A program made the position numbers and the translations under genes. The notes beneath the pieces were generated by a model. That model ran no database searches. It was not told the origin of the DNA and saw nothing but the letters and a program-made list of their open reading frames with translations. DNA of 25,442 bases from a virus. Taxonomy: Duplodnaviria; Caudoviricetes. The stretch lies in the IMG/VR virus record IMGVR_UViG_3300026980_000022, positions 1 to 25,442 of that record. One strand, 5' to 3'. Of the stretch, positions 17,497-23,831 are shown piece after piece (positions within the stretch are counted from its first letter, which is position 1; each line of letters begins with the position of its first letter).

Positions 17497-19869
17497 CTAC
17501 CCGTTGGGTTGCGTTATCGCCAGTAGAGATCCATCTGGCAGACGGTGTGGCCAGTAGACGATACGCGAAATGGTACCGTTCCAGTAAAACGTGCTGTCAG
17601 GACGCGACCCAATGTTCGCTTGGTTAACGGTCGGCAAGCTGCCACTCGCATCCGCTTCAACCGTGCCGCCATTGACACAAACTGCAAAGTCGTTCGCTGT
17701 AAATGCGCCTGCGACACGGAATTTCTCGCCTGCCGCCGTGAGGGTAGTCGTCCCGATCTTCGCTTGTTGCACGCCACCGACGTTCACGTTCAACTGAGCG
17801 AGGGCGTTGTCCTCGCGGAAAACTTCGATCATGTCATTGCCATCATCCCCATCCGTGAAGTTGAAAAGGGGGCCATAGGCGCCGCTGGAAGATGGAACGA
17901 ATGCTTCGGCGAAAATTGTTCCGGACGACGGATTAAAAAATGGCGAGATGCCGGAAATTACGGCGTCATCGCTCTGCGTGATGCCCGAACTGTAGTAGTT
18001 CAATCCGGTGGCTTGATGAATTGTAGCGCCGCAAACGTAGTTGGAATTCGCTGTACTGCTGCTTCCGCCGTCTGAAACGGCATTGGTAAGAAGAACGCTT
18101 CCTGTAGTCGAAACTGCATCAGTGAGTCCTACGATGTATATGCGGTACCAGCCATTCGCTACATACTCAATACCGTGGTCAAGCAGGTCTGATGTGCCAC
18201 CTTCATCGGTGGTTCCCTTAACGCCATTGAGGACATCAAACCAACCGGAACACCCGCTGTTAAACGCGCCGTTCTGTAAGATAATCCTTACCCATTGAGC
18301 GCTTTTATACTTAACCAGGAAACTTATATATTGGTAGGTGTCAGGGTTGATAGGTATGCTTTGGCCCAGTCTTGGGCCACCAGCTCCAATGTGTTCGAAC
18401 TCAGCCCCTATTAGGTCTCCATACGGGCCTTCCGTAGCATGAGGAATAACGGTCGTGTCCTGGTTCAAATTCCAGCTACTTTGACTAGAGTCATTTCGAT
18501 CAACAAACTGAGAAACTTCATTATCCCTTACAGGGTTTAAGGATGTTCCTATGGCGCCGTGGGCACCCCACTCATATCGTGTACCGTTGTCTACCCGCGT
18601 GGTGACGCCATCTGAAGCCGCCGACCGGGTTGTAACGTAGTAAGTTGTCTCTCCCGCGATAGAAAAAACCATCCAGACAAGGCACCAACCATTACCGACG
18701 TCCATCACACCACCACCGACGTAGCTCCCGCCTCCACTGGTTACGGTCGATCCTGTTTCGCAGTTTGCGATATCAGCCCACATCTCCGCCCAGCTTGAAA
18801 CGTTATCGGAGCCGCGGACCTTGATCCAATCATGCGGCGTGGCGCCTCCTCGCTTGATGAACCGGCTTACGACGACAATCGCCCCAGATGGAACTGTTAT
18901 TGCCTGCGATAATGCCGAACTTCCGCTTGTGCCCTCGATTAATAAGTCTGCCGTAGTCGTTCCATCCGGCGCGACTGTTTGGTCAGCCATCGGCGTGGTG
19001 TCTGTGGTTGACCAAGCCCCCCCGGTCATATCTATGGGATCACTAAAGAGCCCGCCGCCGCGTGCCGGATTGTAGGGCTTCAACACACTCCCAACCGTGG
19101 CATTAGCGCCCCACTCATACCGGGCGCCATTGTTAACGCGCGTCGTACTAGCATCGTCGTCGGCGCTTGATGTCCAACAATAATAATCCGTCTCCCCCGA
19201 CAAAGAAGCAGTCATCCAGCACCGATAAATCCCGTTTCCGACGTCCTCGATACCAGACGTTCCGTCACCACCAATTCCCCCCTCAGTTACCGAACCAACC
19301 GCTCCGGTGGCCAGATTAAACCAAGCCCGGACAAAATTGGTGGTTCCAGAAGACGGTGTAACGAGCATACGGATCCAATCATGATCGCCACGCCTGATGA
19401 ACCGGCTGTGGATGATCACAGCGCCAGACGAAACAACTACCGGGTCATGCCTGAATGTGGCCGACCCCCCGGTGCCTTCCGTCAGCAAAACCATCGATAG
19501 AGTGCCGTCCGGTGCCACAGCTTGATTGGCCGTCACGGTCGTATCAGTTGCCGTCCAAGCACTGTCCGTTAGGTCTTCGGACGCGGTAATTAATTCCGCC
19601 TTCCCCTCGTAAATCTGCACACCTAGCGACCGGCCCGTCGCGGGATCATAGGCGAACGCGGGGGTGTTCGCCGGGACATACTCGAGTTTTCCTGCCGCGT
19701 TGAACCGGGATTGGGAGCTGGCACGCGACCAGTTTATGTTTACCCCGTTGCTTTCAAGGGACGGTGCCCCGGCAAAGTTGAAATCGAGAGCGCCCCCGAT
19801 GCCTTCTTGCTCAAATCGAGACATGAGGCGGCTCTGCAGCCTTGGTTGCAGGCGCGAATATGCTCTCAT
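17497..19869 (-). CDS. Head-spike fibre-like adhesin (RcGTA GhsB-like), paralog of 13680..16625
   Basis: Start revised to ATG 19869 (TGATG overlap), 790 aa. Shares 'WSRAS.QS', 'TPAF.YDPATG..LGVQI.EGK.E', 'GSVLKPYNP', 'ATGLNYYSSG.TQSDD' and 'ISRI.YWP.RL.DG' with the paralog. Confidence 0.7.
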   Translation of the reverse strand: MRAYSRLQPRLQSRLMSRFEQEGIGGALDFNFAGAPSLESNGVNINWSRASSQSRFNAAGKLEYVPANTPAFAYDPATGRSLGVQIYEGKAELITASEDLTDSAWTATDTTVTANQAVAPDGTLSMVLLTEGTGGSATFRHDPVVVSSGAVIIHSRFIRRGDHDWIRMLVTPSSGTTNFVRAWFNLATGAVGSVTEGGIGGDGTSGIEDVGNGIYRCWMTASLSGETDYYCWTSSADDDASTTRVNNGARYEWGANATVGSVLKPYNPARGGGLFSDPIDMTGGAWSTTDTTPMADQTVAPDGTTTADLLIEGTSGSSALSQAITVPSGAIVVVSRFIKRGGATPHDWIKVRGSDNVSSWAEMWADIANCETGSTVTSGGGSYVGGGVMDVGNGWCLVWMVFSIAGETTYYVTTRSAASDGVTTRVDNGTRYEWGAHGAIGTSLNPVRDNEVSQFVDRNDSSQSSWNLNQDTTVIPHATEGPYGDLIGAEFEHIGAGGPRLGQSIPINPDTYQYISFLVKYKSAQWVRIILQNGAFNSGCSGWFDVLNGVKGTTDEGGTSDLLDHGIEYVANGWYRIYIVGLTDAVSTTGSVLLTNAVSDGGSSSTANSNYVCGATIHQATGLNYYSSGITQSDDAVISGISPFFNPSSGTIFAEAFVPSSSGAYGPLFNFTDGDDGNDMIEVFREDNALAQLNVNVGGVQQAKIGTTTLTAAGEKFRVAGAFTANDFAVCVNGGTVEADASGSLPTVNQANIGSRPDSTFYWNGTISRIVYWPHRLPDGSLLAITQPNG

Positions 19870-20150
19870 CACTGGCTCAAACGATATGCAATGTTTCCCG
19901 ACGTGTAGGCCGTGCAATTGAAGCGGTACTGGATCCCGAGTTCAGGTTCCCTACACACCAAGTCGGTATCGCCGGAAAAAGAACTGACAGTTTTCCATGT
20001 CGATCCGTCGTTATAGGAGCGTTCCAGTGCAACCGTCGCCACCCCAAATCCGGAAAGGTTGACGTTGAATTCGCCGTAGAATTCAGCAACATCTGACTGT
20101 CCAAGCGACATGAAATTGCCTGCTTCAACCACCTTTGGATTGTTACTCAT
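19869..20150 (-). CDS. Small beta protein, putative head-spike base, copy 1
   Basis: 93 aa, GAGGT RBS, directly after TerL. Paralog of 16625..16906. Confidence 0.6.
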   Translation of the reverse strand: MSNNPKVVEAGNFMSLGQSDVAEFYGEFNVNLSGFGVATVALERSYNDGSTWKTVSSFSGDTDLVCREPELGIQYRFNCTAYTSGNIAYRLSQ

Positions 20151-20162
20151 CTCGTTACCTCA

Positions 20163-21722
20163 TCAAATAGACAGTGGGTCGTAATCGCCCTCGGTCGACG
20201 ACGGTGCATGCCCTGCGAGATCGCGGCGCTTTACCGCCTGAGCGAAGGTCAGTGCCGCCGCGTCACCGCCATCGGGCGAAAGGCCCAGGCGTTTACGGAT
20301 GTCTTCCTTTTTCTCAAGAACCAAGCGGCCAGCCGAATCCGGCTTGGCGCCGGGCGCGGTAATGTCGCGCTGCAAGCCGGCGTCGTCCACCATGTCGGCG
20401 CCTTGGGCCAGCCAAGCCGCCAAACGCGCCCACATTTCGGCGCGCTTATTGGCATAACTTTGTGGATCGTCGGCGCGGGCGCCGAAATTGATGCCCCGCA
20501 CCTGCGTAAAGTTCTGCTCGCGCAGCCGATCGACGACCCCGCCGCCATACCCGCCTGTGGTGTCGATGAACACCATGTCGGGGCTGAATTTGGTCATCAG
20601 CGCGCCGAGCTTGCCCGCCAGTACCATTTCATCGTTTTCGTCCCAGGTCTCGTTCACCAAATGACCGAGACGGCAGCCGCATCGGTCGATCACCCGTGTC
20701 TTATCACCGCCCCCTCGTGCCACATCGACCCCAAAGATCAGCGGCGTGCCGAGGTCAGGCTCGGGATAGGCCATGGCACGTGCCGCGATGACATGTTCGG
20801 CACGGACGTACCCCCCGCCGTCTGACGCCTGAAACGCTTCCATCGCCGTCGCCGGATATTCCTGACGAAACAGCCAGGTGATATCGTCGAGCGCGCCACC
20901 GATGGAACCCGCCAGCTCAGCATTCTTCATATAGGCCCAATAGAGTTGCGCCGGGTCTAGACCATGCAGCGCACTATAGTCCGCCCACGCCGTCGGCGGC
21001 ATCCAGTCGGCGGGAGGCTGCTTGACGTATTCGCTATGATCGAACCACGGGATGAACAGGAGTTCATAAGCCCCTTCCCCACGCTCAGCCTTGACGCACA
21101 TATTGTAGAACAAACCGCTTGCCCCATTGGCCGTACTTTCCAGCCAGATCTCGGTGCCTTCCACGTCGGGGACCGCCTGCAGCACGCCGGCGGCATGCTT
21201 CTCGGCGTTGGGCCAATGCGCCACTTCAGAACCGTGGAGCAACTGAATCGTATCTGAACGCCCGACACCCTCGGCCTTCGCTGTCCCCACCTTATAAGAA
21301 CTGTCAAGGCGGCCGAATTTTAGCTCCTTGGCATTGGACGCCGTGGTTTCTGGGCGAACCGGCGGCGGGCAATGAGCATGAAAGCGTTTCGCCATTTCAA
21401 ACAGATTGTCGGTCGCCTCGTCCTTGTGGGTCAGGATGAAGGCGCGCGTTCCCCGGCTATGGGTCGTTCGCCAATAGAAGCGCGCCTCAATATATGTACT
21501 GACCCCCGGTTGGCGCGCCTTCAACACGAGCATGCGGACGCGTCCGGTCCGCTTGCGTTGGTTTTCAGCCCGTTCATGGATACGCTGCTGCACGGGATTT
21601 AGGTCCAACGCCGAGAGCGCACCTGCCTTCGGCCTGATCTTCAGGCACCGGGCAGAGTAATGAATGAAGTTCTCTTTAAGCTTTTGACGGACACGGCGTT
21701 CGGCTGCACTGAGCCGGTTCAC
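20163..21722 (-). CDS. terL: Terminase large subunit
   Basis: Walker A-like 'VLKARQPGVST', Walker B 'LLHGSE', coupling motif 'ESTANG', nuclease motifs 'GVDVARGGGD' and 'SPDGGDAAALTF'. Confidence 0.95.
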   Translation of the reverse strand: MNRLSAAERRVRQKLKENFIHYSARCLKIRPKAGALSALDLNPVQQRIHERAENQRKRTGRVRMLVLKARQPGVSTYIEARFYWRTTHSRGTRAFILTHKDEATDNLFEMAKRFHAHCPPPVRPETTASNAKELKFGRLDSSYKVGTAKAEGVGRSDTIQLLHGSEVAHWPNAEKHAAGVLQAVPDVEGTEIWLESTANGASGLFYNMCVKAERGEGAYELLFIPWFDHSEYVKQPPADWMPPTAWADYSALHGLDPAQLYWAYMKNAELAGSIGGALDDITWLFRQEYPATAMEAFQASDGGGYVRAEHVIAARAMAYPEPDLGTPLIFGVDVARGGGDKTRVIDRCGCRLGHLVNETWDENDEMVLAGKLGALMTKFSPDMVFIDTTGGYGGGVVDRLREQNFTQVRGINFGARADDPQSYANKRAEMWARLAAWLAQGADMVDDAGLQRDITAPGAKPDSAGRLVLEKKEDIRKRLGLSPDGGDAAALTFAQAVKRRDLAGHAPSSTEGDYDPLSI

Positions 21723-21979
21723 GCCAACTCCTCAAGAGCGTCTTCGTGGCGGATCGTGACATCGCCGGAATGGTCGACGGTAGACCGCCGGGCATGGCAA
21801 AAGGGCGCGGCATGATAGGCTGCCCATTTACGGTCCTCGATCGGCGCCTCCACATCGCGCAAAACGGCGAGCATAAAATCCAGCGGCAAAATGCCGTCAC
21901 CCTTACGCATCCCGGATGGCATCTCAGCCGATTTCGCCCGACGCGACTTGCGTTTTATCGCATTCTCTTTTTCTACCAT
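21719..21979 (-). CDS. Putative terminase small subunit
   Basis: Overlaps the terL start (GTGA). 'PLDFMLAVLRD...R..AA..AAPFCHAR...VDHSG' motif. ATG 21979 has a GAGGT RBS; the alternative start is 22006. Confidence 0.65.
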   Translation of the reverse strand: MVEKENAIKRKSRRAKSAEMPSGMRKGDGILPLDFMLAVLRDVEAPIEDRKWAAYHAAPFCHARRSTVDHSGDVTIRHEDALEELA

Positions 21980-22033
21980 TGAGATTATGACCTCGATCTG
22001 CGCCATGCCAAATTTTGCGGCGGGACATGCGCC

Positions 22034-22064
22034 AAAGAAAACGCCCGCGGGGTGGCCGCGGGCG
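22034..22064 (-). terminator. Intrinsic terminator in the leader of the morphogenesis operon
   Basis: Minus strand CGCCCGCGG-CCACC-CCGCGGGCG (9-bp all-GC stem) followed by TTTTCTTT. Confidence 0.8.
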
Positions 22065-22088
22065 CAAAACTTCCGATCATGAGGAAAA

Positions 22089-22150
22089 TTTATAGCATAA
22101 CCGTAGCATCAGTAGCAAGCTTTTTTTGAATTTTTTTCTAATTTTTAAAT
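22089..22150 (-). promoter_or_regulatory. Putative sigma70 late promoter with UP-element-like A tracts
   Basis: Minus strand TTGCTA (22118-22113), 18-nt spacer, TATAAA (22094-22089) with an extended TGn. A5/A7/A7 tracts lie upstream. Confidence 0.6.
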
Positions 22151-22158
22151 TTGTTGGA

Positions 22159-22190
22159 AATGAAAGCGATATCATTGATACGCTTTCATT
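22159..22190. promoter_or_regulatory. Palindromic operator-like site
   Basis: AATGAAAGCG-N12-CGCTTTCATT with an inner TATCA/TGATA dyad. Confidence 0.5.
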
Positions 22191-22299
22191 ATCCTGCCAA
22201 GGCGTGTTGCCAAAGACGGTATAGACGGTCGAGCCATCGATCACGGAAAACCATAACAACCATGCCAGCCGAGGCGTAAAACCTGGAGCACGAAAACGA

Positions 22300-22740
22300 C
22301 TAACGCACCTCCTCCGCAGCTGGACACACCGGTGTACCTTCCTGGTTCAGCATGACAGCGATCCGCTTGAGCGAGCCGAGTTTCTTGCGGTGAATGGTGG
22401 TTCGATGAACCCCTAGGCGCCGCGCCATGATTGTTGCCGGCGCTCCGAGCACCCAGAGCCACAGAATCCGCACTTCTTCAGGAGTTAACCAGCGGATCCA
22501 CTTGACCATAACTTCGTCCATGCGGTCGATCGCAGCAGCTGTCGGTGGCGACGGTTTGGGATCGAACTCATTGTAGCCGTATGCTTCCATGGGTTCGCGG
22601 ACGACGCCCGGCCAGGAGGATTTGATTTTCCGGCCAGGATGATGGATTGGCAAACGCTGTAATGTTTTCGCCGCCTCCTGAATTCGCCCCGCCACCAAAA
22701 GGGATGTCCACTTGTCTGCCATTTGCGAGAATCGCTCCAT
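22300..22740 (-). CDS. DUF6362-like phage transcription regulator with C-terminal sigma-region-4-like HTH
   Basis: 'W....VA.R..EAA.TL.RLP...SSWP.VVR...P...AIDRMDEV..W..WL..EE.RI.W' followed by HTH 'ATIMARRLGVHRTTIHRK'. Alternative start 22722. Confidence 0.7.
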   Translation of the reverse strand: MERFSQMADKWTSLLVAGRIQEAAKTLQRLPIHHPGRKIKSSWPGVVREPMEAYGYNEFDPKPSPPTAAAIDRMDEVMVKWIRWLTPEEVRILWLWVLGAPATIMARRLGVHRTTIHRKKLGSLKRIAVMLNQEGTPVCPAAEEVR

Positions 22741-22850
22741 ACTGGGTTAGCACATTTCATGTTTGGTTCTCATATTATTATAATTTAATTCTAATTATCA
22801 AGAATATTAGGTCATGGAAATTGCATGAAAATTCAGCTTTTTTCGGTGCG

Positions 22851-23447
22851 ATGGAACATTGGTCTAAAAGGCTCTGGCGGGCTCTCAACTGGAAAGGGTG
22901 GAGCCAGCGAGAGTTGGCGCGCCGCGCCAGTATCGACGAGCAGAAAGTCTACAAGTACCTGCAGGGGAAGGTGGACCAGCCGCGCGGCGATACGTTGTTG
23001 CGCTTGGCCGATGCATTGGGTGTCACCGAATCCTGGTTACGTTATGAAGTTGGCCCAGCCGTCATCCGTATCCCCGTCGTCGGACGGGTCGCTGCCGGCG
23101 AAAGCTTCATCCCCTTCGACGATGCGCCTATGGGAGGCGGTTACGAGGAAATCGAGTTCACCTTGGAAGATGCCGATCCCATTGCCATTCAGGTACGTGG
23201 CGATTCCATGCTGCCCGTTTACCGGCCCGGCGACTATCTCCTCTGTTCGCGGCGGCGCGGCGAAGACATTCATCAAGCCCTCAACAAGGATTGCGTCGTC
23301 AAAACCGACCAAGGTGAAGGCTATGTGAAGAAGCTTACGGCGGGTCAAAAACCGGGGACCTTCACTCTTATCTCCTACAATGCTCCCCCCATCGAGAACG
23401 TGCGCCTGCTCTGGGCGGCCCCCATAATGTGGGTCAAGCGCGCCTAG
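22851..23447 (+). CDS. CI/LexA-like repressor (XRE HTH + S24 autopeptidase)
   Basis: Start revised to ATG 22851. HTH 'WSQRELARRASIDEQKVYKYLQG', Ala-Gly cleavage site 'VGRVAAG', catalytic Ser 'GDSM' and Lys 'YVKKL'. Confidence 0.92.
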   Translation: MEHWSKRLWRALNWKGWSQRELARRASIDEQKVYKYLQGKVDQPRGDTLLRLADALGVTESWLRYEVGPAVIRIPVVGRVAAGESFIPFDDAPMGGGYEEIEFTLEDADPIAIQVRGDSMLPVYRPGDYLLCSRRRGEDIHQALNKDCVVKTDQGEGYVKKLTAGQKPGTFTLISYNAPPIENVRLLWAAPIMWVKRA

Positions 23448-23555
23448 CTAGCGCGTCTTCCTTTTTCGAAACCGACGATCCACGAACTACTATTCCATAG
23501 ACTTTACACCTTAAATTGGATTATATTTCCAATTTCGGATGGGATATTTTGAAGC

Positions 23556-23816
23556 ATGAGGGCTCGGGATTCTCTCACTGATCTCCAGCGGCGCTATGAT
23601 GGGCCGATCCCCGCGGAAGAAAAGGCACGCGCCCGGTACCCTTCGGGTACGACATATGCACGCGCGAGCTTGCAAGGCCAGATTCTCAGTCTCGCACGGC
23701 TCATTCGATGGACACGAGAGACAGCACAGTGCCGGCGTCTCCGCTTCTATGAACGCAGCTTGAAAACGTTGCAGCGCGGATTGCGGAAACTCGAAAAGCG
23801 ACAAAGCGCGGCCTAA
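23556..23816 (+). CDS. Small basic hypothetical protein
   Basis: 86 aa filling the gap between the repressor and the convergent GMC gene, preceded by AT-rich DNA. No family recognised. Confidence 0.45.
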   Translation: MRARDSLTDLQRRYDGPIPAEEKARARYPSGTTYARASLQGQILSLARLIRWTRETAQCRRLRFYERSLKTLQRGLRKLEKRQSAA

Positions 23817-23831
23817 TCCGCGATATGCGGA

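Larger units (their letters stand above)
1..23447 (-). mobile_element. Podophage-derived morphogenesis cluster (cryptic/domesticated prophage or GTA-like element); left end outside window
   Basis: Near-complete head, tail and packaging gene set with a repressor. No integrase or replication genes between the repressor, terS and the host GMC gene. Confidence 0.8.

Noticed and set aside
22647-22850. N-terminal extension of the repressor ORF
   Set aside because: Overlaps the divergent regulator gene and the AT-rich promoter spacer. The HTH domain begins right after ATG 22851.
23448-23831. att site, tRNA or integrase at the right boundary
   Set aside because: No tRNA-like fold or recombinase ORF seen. 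An att repeat cannot be assessed without the other end of the element.
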